64,000 nt of DNA, taken from Faecalibacterium sp. UBA1771. Its GTDB lineage: Bacteria > Bacillota > Clostridia > Oscillospirales > Ruminococcaceae. Below, piece by piece: positions 53,090-63,411 of this stretch. The stretch lies in contig DCGT01000022.1 of the NCBI GenBank assembly GCA_002315315.1, positions 21,122 through 85,121 on the forward strand, given 5' to 3'. The position numbers and the translations under genes are program-made. Below the pieces are notes generated by a model that was not told the DNA's origin, did not search any database, and saw nothing but the letters and a program-made list of their open reading frames with translations. How positions within the stretch are numbered: position 1 is the stretch's first letter; every line of letters begins with the position of its first letter.

Positions 53090-53797
53090 TTAAACCGCGG
53101 CGCGTGCTTTTTCTTCTATGGAGCCGTCTGCGCCGACGCAGACACGCCCTGCCCGTATCAATTCCAAAATACCCAAAAATGTGGCGACAAGCTCGCTTCT
53201 GGATTTACATTCCGCTACGAGTCGGTCAACCGATTTAATGCGTCCCTTTCGCAGACCTCTCAAAATTCCGATAACCCTCGACGACACCGATACAACAGGT
53301 GCGACAACTATTTCTTCGAGTGCCTCAACCTTGGGATGGGAATTGAAGCGCACTCGCTCAAGCAACCCGGAGTAAGCCTCGGCAAGTCTCACAAGCTCAC
53401 CGGAACGGTCGATAATCGGCTGCATCTCGAGCTTTTGCGGTTCCCGTACCGCAACGTATATATCCTTTGAAGCCTCGCTCAGTATCACAGCCGCCTGCTT
53501 GCACAGACTGTATTCGATAAGCTGACCGACCAGCTCCCGTTGCAGCTTCCGAGACTCCTCTTCGCTTCTCGGCAGCAACGCAAGCGATTTCATTTCCACA
53601 AGTCTCGCAGCCATTTCTATAAACTCGCTTGCACCGTCCAGCTCCGATTCACTCAGTTCTCCGATTGTCTCGAGGTATTTGTCGATAAGCTCGTTGATTC
53701 TGATATCATAAAGGCTCATTCTGCGTTTTGCGACAAGATGCAGCAACAGATCAAGCGGTCCTTCAAAGTTTGTTATGCTGAAGCTGACATTTTCCAT
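53090..53797 (-). CDS. scpA: Segregation and condensation protein A
   Basis: FEGPLDLLLHLV and the C-terminal ATFLGILELIR. Confidence 0.9.
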   Translation of the reverse strand: MENVSFSITNFEGPLDLLLHLVAKRRMSLYDIRINELIDKYLETIGELSESELDGASEFIEMAARLVEMKSLALLPRSEEESRKLQRELVGQLIEYSLCKQAAVILSEASKDIYVAVREPQKLEMQPIIDRSGELVRLAEAYSGLLERVRFNSHPKVEALEEIVVAPVVSVSSRVIGILRGLRKGRIKSVDRLVAECKSRSELVATFLGILELIRAGRVCVGADGSIEEKARAAV

Positions 53798-54474
53798 TAA
53801 ACGATACCTGTTGCTCCGCCAGACGACAGCACTGCTCCCGAAGTAAAGATAAGATCGATAAATGACGTCATTCTGTCAAAAGCCGATTGGGTAACGCGCA
53901 CCAAAAAATCAAGCGGAAGCGTCAGCAATCCGGTAAGCATCAGTATCCAGACTCCTATCATTATGTAGCGTTCGTAACGCATAAGCTTGAAATAGGTCCT
54001 CTCGGGCAGCCACACGAGAAAAATTCTCGACCCGTCAAACGGCGGGAACGGAAGCAGGTTGAAAATTCCGAGGACTATATTTACGGAAGCAATATAATAA
54101 AAAAGTATGCAGACCCACTGCGCAGCACAGGTATATGCGGTAATCTTATAAATTACTGTGCAGATATATGCAAGCAGAAGATTCGATGCGGGTCCCGCAA
54201 GCGCCGACAGCGCCATTCCGCCCTTACGATCGCGGAAATATCTCGGGTCTACCGGTACCGGCTTTGCCCAGCCGAAACCGGCAAGCAACAGGCACAGCGT
54301 TCCGAACAGGTCAAAATGCGCAAAGGGATTGAGCGTCATTCTTCCCGCATATTTGGCAGTGGAATCTCCCAGCTTATCCGACGCCCAAGCGTGAGCACAT
54401 TCGTGTATGGGAATAGCGGTGAATAAAACGATAAGTCTTGAAACATATTTAAGCAATGTATATAATGTTGTCAT
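53797..54474 (-). CDS. Site-2 protease (peptidase M50) family membrane protein
   Basis: HECAHAW (HExxH), LNPFAHFD, NLLPFPPFDGSRI. Confidence 0.85.
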   Translation of the reverse strand: MTTLYTLLKYVSRLIVLFTAIPIHECAHAWASDKLGDSTAKYAGRMTLNPFAHFDLFGTLCLLLAGFGWAKPVPVDPRYFRDRKGGMALSALAGPASNLLLAYICTVIYKITAYTCAAQWVCILFYYIASVNIVLGIFNLLPFPPFDGSRIFLVWLPERTYFKLMRYERYIMIGVWILMLTGLLTLPLDFLVRVTQSAFDRMTSFIDLIFTSGAVLSSGGATGIV

Positions 54475-54570
54475 AGGTCACACTCTCCTATATAGTATTA
54501 TACAGTTTGACCACAAAAAATACAACAATAAGACACTTTTGACAAATTGCAAAAAAAGTTGAAATATCAC

Positions 54571-54599
54571 TTGATTTTATCGACAATATCTGTTATTAT
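54571..54599 (+). promoter_or_regulatory. Candidate sigma-A promoter of rpmB
   Basis: TTGATT-17 nt-TATTAT, 37 nt upstream of the rpmB ATG. Confidence 0.55.
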
Positions 54600-54635
54600 A
54601 TCAGTCGTGACTTTAATAGCAAGGAGGTGCAGAAG

Positions 54636-54824
54636 ATGGCAAAATGTGATTTCTGCGGCAAGGAAGTTGCTTTCGGTATTCAGGTTTCTCACTCGCACAG
54701 GCGTTCCAACAGGACTTTTAAGCCCAATGTGAGGCGCGTAAAAGCAATGGTGGACGGTACGCCCAAACATGTCTACGCCTGCACCCGCTGCCTGCGCTCG
54801 GGTAAGGTTACCCGCGCTATCTGA
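54636..54824 (+). CDS. rpmB: 50S ribosomal protein L28
   Basis: AAGGAGG lies 8 nt before the ATG. The product is MAKCDFCGKEVAFGIQVSHSHRRSNRTFKPNVRRV. Confidence 0.92.
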   Translation: MAKCDFCGKEVAFGIQVSHSHRRSNRTFKPNVRRVKAMVDGTPKHVYACTRCLRSGKVTRAI

Positions 54825-54839
54825 GCAATAGCAATAATT

Positions 54840-54871
54840 AACCGACAACCTTTAACGGTTGTCGGTTTTTT
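54840..54871 (+). terminator. Rho-independent terminator after rpmB
   Basis: aaccgacaacc-tttaac-ggttgtcggtt followed by TTTTTT. Confidence 0.85.
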
Positions 54872-54931
54872 GTGTTACATCGGATAAGCAAGTAGATAAT
54901 CTTACAAATATCTTTCCTTACGGAGTTTAAT

Positions 54932-55700
54932 ATGGATATTAATTTTATCACTTGCAAGCGACTATAAAAAATCTCAAATCCGCGTGTTTTGACAGAATCT
55001 CGGATTTCAAAAATATGTTCTGTACCAAATGCGAAAATCCGCATATTTCTCATTTTGAAAATAATCGACCCGTTGCCGATTTTTTCTGCCGTGAATGAAA
55101 AAATGAATTTGAATTGAAAAGCAAAAACGGTTCTTTTGGCAATAAGATTACAGACGGTGCTTACGATACAACGGTTTCAGGAATAACGAGCAATCAAAAC
55201 CCCGATTTTTTGTTTATGAGTTATACAATGACTTTTGCCGCAGTTACAAACCTTGTATTTATCCCAAAACACTTTATGACTCCGTCAATTATAGAAAAAA
55301 GAAAGCCTTTATCGGAAACGGCACGACGCGCAGGTTGGACAGGCTGCCGATATATTAATTGATAAAATTCCCCGGCAAGGCAGAATTTCAATCATTACAA
55401 ACGGTATTATCCAAGACAAAAACCATCACTCTTCAATCTGCAGCCCGTTTGGAAAATAACAATCCTGATTTACGCTGTTGGCTACTTGATGGTTTAAACT
55501 GTGTAAATAATATTCAGCACAATGAATTTATGCTTGATGAAGTATATCAATATGGAATGAAATTAAAAAATCCACACCAGAGCAATAATAATATTCGTGC
55601 AAAAATCAGGCAACAGCTTCAAATACTCAGAGATGCGGGAATAACCGAATTTAAAGGAAGAGGATGCTATAAAAAAGTTCAGACAGCAAAACTCAAATAA
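54932..55700 (+). pseudogene. DpnI-family (methyl-directed GmATC-type) restriction endonuclease, disrupted by one nonsense codon and several frameshifts
   Basis: The pieces are spread over three frames but are colinear with DpnI as I remember it. In order they are FCTKCENPHISHFENNRPVADFFCRE, TGA at 55096, KNEFELKSKNGSFGNKITDGAYDT...PDFLFMSYT...IEKRKPLSETARRAGWTGC, a frameshift near 55350, IDKIPRQGRISIITNGIIQDK, a frameshift near the A-run at 55419, and ...LLDGLNCVNNIQHNEFMLDEVYQY...IRAKIRQQLQILRDAGITEFKGRGCYKK. The first ~60 nt also change frame. The total span of 769 nt is roughly the full-length gene. Confidence 0.75.
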
Positions 55701-55727
55701 GTTTATCGTCTGAACATATTTTATATT

Positions 55728-57053
55728 TTATTTTCCCTCTCCGCGCTCTCGTATAAGCAGTCGGACGGGGGTTCCTTCCAAGCCGAAGGTTTCTCTTATC
55801 TGATTCTCGATATACCTTTGATACGAGAAATGGAACAGCTCGGCGGAATTGCAGAAAAGCACAAACGTCGGCGGGCGGATGGACGGCTGAGTAATATAGT
55901 AAATTTTCAGCCTTCTGCCCTTATCGGACGGCGGCTGTACCTTGGCAGTTGCACGCGCGAGCACCTCATTGAGCATACCTGTCGATATCCTCATAGCATT
56001 CTGCTCGTCTACAAACTTTATCAGCTCATACAGACGGTCGATACGGATTTTTTCCTTTGCGGAAATAAATATAATCGGTGCATAGGACATAAACGAAAAA
56101 TCGTTCATATACTTTTTGCGCTGAACATCCATGGTCTTGCCGTCTTTTTCAACGGCATCCCACTTATTCACCGCAATAATACATCCCTTGCCCTGCTCGT
56201 GGGCATAACCGGCTATCTTGCTGTCCTGCTCCGCAAAGCCCTCCGCAGCGTCTATCATTATTACGCATACATCGGCTCGGTCGACTGCGGCAAGCGCTCT
56301 GACGGCACTGAAACGTTCTATATCGTCCTCTATCTTGCCTCTTTTGCGCAGTCCCGCCGTATCAATAAAGATGAAATGACCGTATTCGTTCTCTATCTCG
56401 GCATCTACTGCATCTCTTGTAGTACCGGCTATATTGGAAACTATCATTCGCTGTTCGCCGAGGACACAGTTGATGAGGGTTGATTTTCCCACATTCGGTC
56501 TGCCGATAACGGCAACCTTTATGGCATCGTTATCCTCTTCCTCTTGTGCTTTTTCGTCAAAATATGAGCAGACGGTGTCGAGCAAATCACCAGTTCCGTG
56601 ACCGTGAACCGACGATACCGCTATCGGGTCGCCGATTCCCAAATCGTAGAACTCATAAATATCAACGGGCGTAGCGCCGATGCTGTCACATTTATTTACA
56701 CAAAGCACTACCGGTCGACCGCTCTTTTGCAGAAGCGATGCAACCTCATGGTCGGCAGCGGTAACTCCGGAGCGTATATCGGTGACAAATATGATGACAT
56801 CCGCCATATCTATCGCCAGCTTAGCCTGCGCGCGAATATGACTTGTGATGACCTCGTCACTCTCCATTTCGATACCCCCGGTGTCGATGAGCGAAAATCT
56901 GTAATTGAGCCATTCGCAGTCACCGAAAAGCCGGTCTCTCGTAACGCCGGGCGTGTCATCGACTATCGCTCTGCGTTCTCCTATCAGCTTGTTGAATAAA
57001 GTCGATTTACCCACATTGGGGCGACCGACTATTGCCACTATCGGTTTAGACAT
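55728..57053 (-). CDS. der: Ribosome-associated GTPase Der (EngA)
   Basis: Two GTPase domains (GRPNVGKSTLFN; GRPNVGKSTLIN) plus a KH-like C-terminal domain. Confidence 0.92.
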   Translation of the reverse strand: MSKPIVAIVGRPNVGKSTLFNKLIGERRAIVDDTPGVTRDRLFGDCEWLNYRFSLIDTGGIEMESDEVITSHIRAQAKLAIDMADVIIFVTDIRSGVTAADHEVASLLQKSGRPVVLCVNKCDSIGATPVDIYEFYDLGIGDPIAVSSVHGHGTGDLLDTVCSYFDEKAQEEEDNDAIKVAVIGRPNVGKSTLINCVLGEQRMIVSNIAGTTRDAVDAEIENEYGHFIFIDTAGLRKRGKIEDDIERFSAVRALAAVDRADVCVIMIDAAEGFAEQDSKIAGYAHEQGKGCIIAVNKWDAVEKDGKTMDVQRKKYMNDFSFMSYAPIIFISAKEKIRIDRLYELIKFVDEQNAMRISTGMLNEVLARATAKVQPPSDKGRRLKIYYITQPSIRPPTFVLFCNSAELFHFSYQRYIENQIRETFGLEGTPVRLLIRERGEGK

Positions 57054-57056
57054 TCA

Positions 57057-58361
57057 TTACCTCGAAAAGATACCTGCAAGCAATGCCGACGCATCGTCAC
57101 ACGGCGTAATTTTGGCTTTCAGCTCATATTCTGCCTGAGCGGGGGTTATGTCATCGAGGAAGATATCTCCCTCTCTGCGGAGCATATTGGACGGTATCAG
57201 GAGATGCTCGGAGTTTAACTTACCCTTGAGCTGACTTATCAGATCGCGACCGGTGACAAGACCCGATACCGTAATGCGTTCTCCGAAAAATTCATTGCAA
57301 ATCGTATGCACCGTCACCGTAATATTATGATACTTTTTATTGACTTCATTCGCAAGACGCTCAATCGTCGGAGCGGCGGCGGCACCGGTTGCAATGTCGA
57401 CACGGTGACGGCGAAGCACTATTCTTCGCGATGCATCAAGCTCTCTGCGGAAATCACTCTCAAACAGCGCCAGCATACCTACTCCGTTTTCAAGCTGCAG
57501 CAGCTCACCGTAATAATCAAGCGCGGGAATTCCACGTCCGCTCATAAGGAAAAATTCGTCAGCGGGGTAAAGCATCCGAATACCGTAATTTTTTTCACAT
57601 TCATCGGCGATTTCGTCTATAATATCTATCGTTTCACCTGCACTGTGTGAATCGAAGGGCTTGAGCTTTTCAAGTCCGTCCCTGTGGTCGGTAAGTCCTA
57701 CCGGCACAACGGCAACACTTCTGACCGACGGCCACAGCGCGGCAAGATCTTTGAGCGACGAACGAAGCTTTTCGCCGTCGTTCCAATCTCTGCAAAGAAC
57801 AATCTGACAGTTTATCTCTATACCCGCTTCGGCAAGGCGATAAAGATACTTGAGCTTTTCTCCCGCAAACCGGTTCCGCATCATACGGCACCGAAGCTCG
57901 GGGTCGGTTGTGTGTACCGAGATATTGACGGGCGAAATATGCATTTCTATTATGCGTTCAACATCGGCGTCATCGAGATTGGTCAGCGTTATGTAGTTTC
58001 CGAAAAGATAGGAAAGTCGCTCATCGTCATCCTTAAAATACAGCGGCTCGCGCAGTCCCTTCGGAAGCTGGTCGATAAAACAGAAAATACAGTTGTTTCG
58101 GCAATGATGGCTCTCATCCATCAAAAAGCTGTCAAAGGTCAAGCCGATATCCTCGTACTCGTCGCCCTTATGAACGCTGTATCGACACAGCTCACCGCCA
58201 TATTCGATATCAAGCACCGTGTCGGTGCCGGCACACAGAAAGCCGTAGTCCAAAAAGTCCTTTACCGGCTTACCGTTTACCGCCAATAGCCTGCCCCCGG
58301 CGGAAATTCCCTCTCGCTCGGCAGGTGAGCCGGACGAAACACTCTGAATAATTGCAGACAT
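57057..58361 (-). CDS. DUF512 / PDZ-radical-SAM-like protein
   Basis: N-terminal PDZ-like segment (GSPAEREGISAGGRLLAVNGKPV) and a CRNNCIFCF Cys cluster. Its position upstream of der is typical for Clostridia. Confidence 0.7.
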   Translation of the reverse strand: MSAIIQSVSSGSPAEREGISAGGRLLAVNGKPVKDFLDYGFLCAGTDTVLDIEYGGELCRYSVHKGDEYEDIGLTFDSFLMDESHHCRNNCIFCFIDQLPKGLREPLYFKDDDERLSYLFGNYITLTNLDDADVERIIEMHISPVNISVHTTDPELRCRMMRNRFAGEKLKYLYRLAEAGIEINCQIVLCRDWNDGEKLRSSLKDLAALWPSVRSVAVVPVGLTDHRDGLEKLKPFDSHSAGETIDIIDEIADECEKNYGIRMLYPADEFFLMSGRGIPALDYYGELLQLENGVGMLALFESDFRRELDASRRIVLRRHRVDIATGAAAAPTIERLANEVNKKYHNITVTVHTICNEFFGERITVSGLVTGRDLISQLKGKLNSEHLLIPSNMLRREGDIFLDDITPAQAEYELKAKITPCDDASALLAGIFSR

Positions 58362-58389
58362 AATTCACGACCTAAACTTCGGAAAATAG

Positions 58390-58418
58390 AAAAAAGAGGA
58401 GGTTGCGCCTCCTCTTTT
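58390..58418 (-). terminator. Rho-independent terminator after rpmF
   Basis: agaggagg-ttgcg-cctcctct is followed on the minus strand by UUUUUU. Confidence 0.75.
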
Positions 58419-58422
58419 GAAG

Positions 58423-58605
58423 TCATATCTCTTTCTTGATAACTTCTCTGCCGTTGTAATAACCGCAGTTGCCGCATACTCTGTGGGGAACCATCAGCTC
58501 GCCGCACTGCGAACACTTTGCAAAAGCAGGAGCGGGAATCTTCCACACCGAGGAGCGCCGCTTGTCTCTTCTTGCTTTTGAAACTCTTCTTTTCGGTACT
58601 GCCAT
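58423..58605 (-). CDS. rpmF: 50S ribosomal protein L32
   Basis: GAGGAGG RBS. The product starts MAVPKRRVSKARRDKRRS and carries the CxxC...CxxC Zn ribbon. Confidence 0.92.
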   Translation of the reverse strand: MAVPKRRVSKARRDKRRSSVWKIPAPAFAKCSQCGELMVPHRVCGNCGYYNGREVIKKEI

Positions 58606-58683
58606 CTTTAGCACCTCCTCTTAGATGTTGAAGATAAATTCAAAGTTTTTTGACAAACTTTAATTTCGTTGACGCAATTAAAG

Positions 58684-58711
58684 ATTATAGCATAAATGTC
58701 TTGTTTGTCAA
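58684..58711 (-). promoter_or_regulatory. Near-consensus sigma-A promoter of rpmF
   Basis: The minus strand reads TTGACA-16 nt-(TGc)TATAAT, about 75 nt upstream of the rpmF ATG. Confidence 0.6.
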
Positions 58712-58763
58712 TACCTTTTGCGAATTGCATCGGATTTTTGCCGAAAAAGTTTCGATATCTATA

Positions 58764-59168
58764 TTACAGATACTTTTTTACGGAATCGGGAAGGTCATCC
58801 GTGTCGGCGGAAACGGTTACGGTGAACTTTATTCCGTCGCCGCTGAGCTTATTGAATTTGTCGAGCATATCGCCAAGCAGCTCGGTATCGCGGTTGAGAA
58901 TACGAAGAATACCGTCGATATAAACATCGGAGATATCGTAGTTGCTGGCAAGAATTCCCGACACGAAGCCGTAGAACATATCCCCTCCCTCGATACCGTA
59001 CTCGTCAACGTCGATAAGACGAACGGAATGGTCAATATCGTATGTCAGCTTCATCTGCTTTTCGATGCAGATTATATTTCCTCTCGTGTCCTTGACCGAG
59101 TTGTTAATCATATCAATCATTGTCTTGGTCTTGCCGGAGCCCTTATGTCCTACAATTAAACGAATCAT
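58764..59168 (-). CDS. Small P-loop NTPase-like protein (134 aa), function unknown
   Basis: GGGAGG RBS, Walker A GHKGSGKT at residues 7-14, and a possible Walker B in VRLIDVDE. Confidence 0.55.
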   Translation of the reverse strand: MIRLIVGHKGSGKTKTMIDMINNSVKDTRGNIICIEKQMKLTYDIDHSVRLIDVDEYGIEGGDMFYGFVSGILASNYDISDVYIDGILRILNRDTELLGDMLDKFNKLSGDGIKFTVTVSADTDDLPDSVKKYL

Positions 59169-59211
59169 TTCGGTAATCCTCCCTATTTCGGAAAATATTT
59201 TTTAAATCTTT

Positions 59212-60552
59212 TCAGATAAGTCCCTTTGTTTTTTCACGGAGCATTTCGGTTATCTTCTCATATCCGGGCTTTTCCATAAGCGCGAACATATTGCTCTTAT
59301 AAAATTCCACGCCCGGCTGATTGAACGGATTTACGCCCAACAGCAGTCCCGAAACGGCGCACGCCTTCTCAAAGAAGTATATCAGCTCTCCGAGACTGTG
59401 CTCGTCGATTGTTTCCGCTTCAATAACAAGGTTGGGTACACCGCCCTCAACATGTGCCGCAAGCGTGGCGGCAAAAGCGCTGTCGCACACATAGGATATT
59501 TTACGACCAGCTATATAATTCAGTCCGTCGAAATTGTCCGCATCGGATTGAAGCACAAAGTCGGTTACCGGCTTTTTGAACCTTACAATCGTCTCGAACA
59601 TAAGACGGCTACCGTCCTGAATATACTGTCCCATCGAATGAAGGTCTGTGGTAAAGATGGTGGAAATAGGCAGCAGACCTTTATTCTGCTTGCCCTCACT
59701 CTCACCGAACAATTGCTTATACCATTCGCACATCATCACGAAATCCGGCTCATAGCTCGACATAAGCTCGACCGTCTTGCCCTTTTTGTACATAAGATAA
59801 CGCGCGGCGGCATAGGCTGCGGGAGTATTGACCGTCAAATCCTTGGACGTGAACGCCTCCATTGCGTCTCTCGCTCCCGTCATAAGAGCGTCAATATTAA
59901 ATCCCGCGGCGGCGATAGGCAGAAGACCCACCGCAGTCAGCACGGAATATCGTCCTCCGACATCATCAGGTACCACAAAGCACTCATAGCCCTCTATGTC
60001 GGCAAGCTTTTTGAGACTGCCCTTGGCGCGGTCGGTTGTAGCGTAGATGCGCTTGGCGGCTTCCTCTCTGCCATATCTCTCCTCGAGATAGCTTTTGAAA
60101 ATTCTGAACGCGAGCGCCGGCTCAAGTGTCGTTCCCGATTTGGAAACCACATTGACCGAAACATTTTTACCCTCGCACATACGCAGAGTTCGCTCGATAG
60201 ACGATGCGGAAATATTGTTGCCTGCAAAATAAATTTTTAAATCGGAAAGGTCGTTGTAATACCGGCTGCCGAGCAGCTCTATAACCGCTCTCGCTCCGAG
60301 ATACGAGCCGCCGATTCCGATAACTATGAGGACATCCGAGTCGGAGCGGATTTTTCGTGCCGCCGCCTTGATTCGGTCGAATTCCTCTTTATCGTAATCT
60401 CTCGGCAGTGTAAGCCACCCGAGATAATCGGAGCCCTCGCAGGTACCGGTGGACAGTGTTCCCTCAACGAGAGAAACATCATCGGTTATCGACGAAAAGT
60501 CATCCGATGTAACAAAGCCGTCAAGATAGTCGGTAATAAGCTTGACAGACAT
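59212..60552 (-). CDS. pgi: Glucose-6-phosphate isomerase
   Basis: The start is set at MSVKLI, which has an AGGAGG RBS. Motifs: [35 protein letters not shown]. Confidence 0.9.
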   Translation of the reverse strand: MSVKLITDYLDGFVTSDDFSSITDDVSLVEGTLSTGTCEGSDYLGWLTLPRDYDKEEFDRIKAAARKIRSDSDVLIVIGIGGSYLGARAVIELLGSRYYNDLSDLKIYFAGNNISASSIERTLRMCEGKNVSVNVVSKSGTTLEPALAFRIFKSYLEERYGREEAAKRIYATTDRAKGSLKKLADIEGYECFVVPDDVGGRYSVLTAVGLLPIAAAGFNIDALMTGARDAMEAFTSKDLTVNTPAAYAAARYLMYKKGKTVELMSSYEPDFVMMCEWYKQLFGESEGKQNKGLLPISTIFTTDLHSMGQYIQDGSRLMFETIVRFKKPVTDFVLQSDADNFDGLNYIAGRKISYVCDSAFAATLAAHVEGGVPNLVIEAETIDEHSLGELIYFFEKACAVSGLLLGVNPFNQPGVEFYKSNMFALMEKPGYEKITEMLREKTKGLI

Positions 60553-60694
60553 AGCATTTATCCTCCTGGGGTAAAAATACCGTATTGCTGTCGAACAAGG
60601 CAAAAAGCACAAAAATCGGCAAGCGAAAATCTTATTTCTAATATAATATATTACCGACTGCACTATGTCAAGGCAAAAAGCCCCTTTGAAAGAT

Positions 60695-61921
60695 TTATTC
60701 GATGCCTAAAAGAGCTCGGGCAAGCAAAGTAAAAGCACTGCCGACGGTCAGCTTTTCCACCGTCTCGGCTGCCTTGATTTCATAGCTCCCGAGAATTTCT
60801 CCCTCACACATAATATTTATTTCACCTACCGTCTGTCCTTGAATTACGGGAGCGTCGAGCGTTTCACTCAGCACAACATCACAATCAACGGCAGACGCTC
60901 TGCCTGCCGAAACGACTATGCTCTCCGGAACATCGAAGTACAGCGGACAATACTGCTTTTCACCGAGCCGCACCGAAACACGGCTGAGGCGATCGCTCGA
61001 CACGGTTACCGGTGCAAGCTCATAGTTGGCAAAGCCGTAGTCGAGCAGGTCGGTCGCCGCCTGCAAACGCCCTGCCGAGTCGGATGAGCCGAGTACAACG
61101 GCTATTATCTCCATATCGTTCCGTATAGCCGAAGCGCTTATACATACACCCGCCTTGCTTGTCGTGCCGGTTTTAAGTCCCGTAATACCGCTGTAGCTCT
61201 TGAGCAGCTTATTGGTATTGACAAGCTGTGTTTCACCGCCGCGCAGTTCGTCCGTCCATATAGTGACATATTTTCTTATCAAATTGTGCCTGAGCAGCTC
61301 TCTTGACATTACTGCAACGTCACGCGCCGTCGACAGATGACCGTCCTCGTCAAGACCGCAGGCGTTCTTAAAGGTCGTGTCCTTCATACCGAGCTGTTCT
61401 GCTTTGTCGTTCATCATACCGACAAATGCCGCTTCACTGCCGCCCACATACTCGCCGAGCAGTACCGCGGCATCGTTTGCCGACGCGACACAGACGGCGC
61501 GCAGCAGCTCATCTACCGTCATAATCTCACCCGGTTCGAGCCAAATCTGAGACCCTCCCATAGAATATGCGTGTATGCTCGTTTCCACTCTGTCATCGAG
61601 CGAAATATCGCCCCGCTCGATTGCCTCCATAACGAGGATAAGTGTCATCACCTTTGTTATGGATGCTATCGGTCGGCGCTCGTCGGCATTGTCCTCGTAC
61701 AGCACCGTTCCGGTTGAGCCTTCAACGAGTATCACCGAACCGGCATCGAGTGTCTTGCCTATTTCGGCATAGGTTGCCTCTACCGGCTGTTCAAAGCCGA
61801 ATCTGCCTGTAATGAGCGCAGTATCGTCGTTTATACCGTATTCAAACGCCGACGATATCGGACAGAGTAAAATCGCAAAAACCGACGCGGCTGACAGCAC
61901 CGCAGTAATAAACCGTTTCAT
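60695..61921 (-). CDS. D-alanyl-D-alanine carboxypeptidase (peptidase S11, PBP5/DacB-like)
   Basis: The start is set at MKRFIT, which has a GGAGG RBS. Signal peptide present. Active-site motifs SITK (SxxK), SAND (SxN) and KTGT. Confidence 0.88.
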   Translation of the reverse strand: MKRFITAVLSAASVFAILLCPISSAFEYGINDDTALITGRFGFEQPVEATYAEIGKTLDAGSVILVEGSTGTVLYEDNADERRPIASITKVMTLILVMEAIERGDISLDDRVETSIHAYSMGGSQIWLEPGEIMTVDELLRAVCVASANDAAVLLGEYVGGSEAAFVGMMNDKAEQLGMKDTTFKNACGLDEDGHLSTARDVAVMSRELLRHNLIRKYVTIWTDELRGGETQLVNTNKLLKSYSGITGLKTGTTSKAGVCISASAIRNDMEIIAVVLGSSDSAGRLQAATDLLDYGFANYELAPVTVSSDRLSRVSVRLGEKQYCPLYFDVPESIVVSAGRASAVDCDVVLSETLDAPVIQGQTVGEINIMCEGEILGSYEIKAAETVEKLTVGSAFTLLARALLGIE

Positions 61922-62072
61922 ATTATACCTCCGTAAATAAATGCCGTTCACGGCACACCGCATTATCACTATTAAAAGATATATGCCGGCTATTTTATTT
62001 TTTTGACGAATAAAATATTTTGTTTTAAAATGTTATTTTGAAAAAAATTTAAATTCAAGCCGTGAGGATAGT

Positions 62073-63356
62073 ATGAAGGTTTTTTATTATACATTCGGAT
62101 GCAAGGTCAACAGTTTTGAAACAGCCGCCATGCAGCAGCTTCTCTCACAAAACGGTTATCTGACCGCCGATTCCGCCGCCGATGCAGATATTGCCGTTAT
62201 CAATTCCTGCTCCGTTACTGCCAACGCCGACCGCAAGGTAAGGCAATATATGCGCCGTCTGCGCCGTGAGAATCCCGATATAATCATTCTGCTTTCCGGC
62301 TGTCTGCCTCAGGCTCAGTCGGACAACGCCGAAGTGTTTAACGAGGCGGATATCGTGGTAGGCAACACAAACAGAGGTAAAATTGCCGAAATAATCGACA
62401 ATTATATGCAGGAACGAGCTCACCGAATAAGCATCGTGCCGCACACGGCGGGAGAAAAGTTCGATGAATTTGACGTCGATTTGATAGAAGGCCACACAAG
62501 GGCTTTTTTGAAAATACAGGACGGCTGTGACCGCTACTGTGCCTACTGCATAGTACCGTACTCGAGAGGGCATCTGCGCTCGTCATCGCTCGAATACATC
62601 GAACGCTCCGCCGAGAGATTTGCACACAACGGTTACCGCGAAATTGTTCTGAGCGGCATTAATCTTGCATCTTACGGTCACGGCACCGGGCTTGACCTTG
62701 CCGACGCGGTAAAGGCGGCGGCTTCGGCAAACGGAATAGAGCGAGTAAGAATAAGCTCGGTCGAGCCGGATTTGATGAGCGGGGCTATTCTCGAAAAGCT
62801 TGCAGCAATACCCGAATTCTGTCCGCATTTTCATATGTCGCTGCAAAGCGGATGTGACGCAACACTCGCAAGAATGGGGAGAAAATACAGCACTGCGGAA
62901 TACTCCGAAACCGCTGAACGCATAAAACGGATTTTCGATTCACCTACGTTCACAACCGACGTTATGGTCGGATTTGTCGGAGAAACCGATGCGGAATTTG
63001 CCGAAAGCATGGATTTTATCCGCAATTTCGGATTTATAAAATGTCATATATTCCCGTATTCAAAGCGCCCCGGTACGAGGGCGGCGGCAATGAGCGGACA
63101 TGTTTCGCGCGAGGTTAAGGACGCGAGGGCGTCGGCAATGGCGCGAGCCGCCGAGCAGTCGAGGGATAAAATCTATGACACTTTTATCGGCAAAAACGTG
63201 CGGGTAATAGTCGAACACGGAAAACGCGACGGCTACCTTACCGGCTACACCGACCGATATATTCCCGTTGAATTTCCCTGCCGTGATCTGAATACCGGCG
63301 ACATTGCCGTTATGACCGTCACAGGTCACTTCGGAGAATACTGCACGGCGGAATAA
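62073..63356 (+). CDS. mtaB: tRNA t6A37 methylthiotransferase MtaB (radical SAM)
   Basis: FGCKVNSFE, the CDRYCAYC radical-SAM cluster, and a C-terminal TRAM-like end. Confidence 0.88.
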   Translation: MKVFYYTFGCKVNSFETAAMQQLLSQNGYLTADSAADADIAVINSCSVTANADRKVRQYMRRLRRENPDIIILLSGCLPQAQSDNAEVFNEADIVVGNTNRGKIAEIIDNYMQERAHRISIVPHTAGEKFDEFDVDLIEGHTRAFLKIQDGCDRYCAYCIVPYSRGHLRSSSLEYIERSAERFAHNGYREIVLSGINLASYGHGTGLDLADAVKAAASANGIERVRISSVEPDLMSGAILEKLAAIPEFCPHFHMSLQSGCDATLARMGRKYSTAEYSETAERIKRIFDSPTFTTDVMVGFVGETDAEFAESMDFIRNFGFIKCHIFPYSKRPGTRAAAMSGHVSREVKDARASAMARAAEQSRDKIYDTFIGKNVRVIVEHGKRDGYLTGYTDRYIPVEFPCRDLNTGDIAVMTVTGHFGEYCTAE

Positions 63357-63366
63357 AGACAGTAAA

Positions 63367-63404
63367 AGGGCACTCTCATTGTTTTTTTACGATGAGAGTG
63401 CCCT
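63367..63404. terminator. Bidirectional terminator between mtaB and the DUF3006 gene
   Basis: agggcactctcat-(12 nt)-atgagagtgccct followed by a T-rich run. Confidence 0.75.
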
Positions 63405-63411
63405 GTTTCTT

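Noticed and set aside
55096-55098. In-frame TGA in the DpnI-like gene as a possible selenocysteine or recoding site (it replaces an expected Cys)
   Set aside because: The same gene carries at least two further frameshifts and a scrambled 5' end. No SECIS-like hairpin follows the TGA. Simple decay is the better explanation.
59398-60240. 280-aa plus-strand ORF inside pgi, and similar long antisense ORFs inside priA (46350..46904, 47409..47990), prkC (39044..39688), der (55818..56483) and the DUF512 gene (57684..58289)
   Set aside because: These are shadow frames of strongly supported genes with clear motifs.
60553-60663. N-terminal in-frame extensions offered by the ORF track for pgi, and likewise for the dacB-like gene, rsmB, yicC, the CDF transporter, PPK2, sipL-like, the sortase, the Zn-peptidase, rpmF, rpmB and the pilin-like gene
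   Set aside because: In each case an internal ATG has a proper Shine-Dalgarno sequence and matches the usual family N-terminus. The extensions lack an RBS and look non-protein-like.
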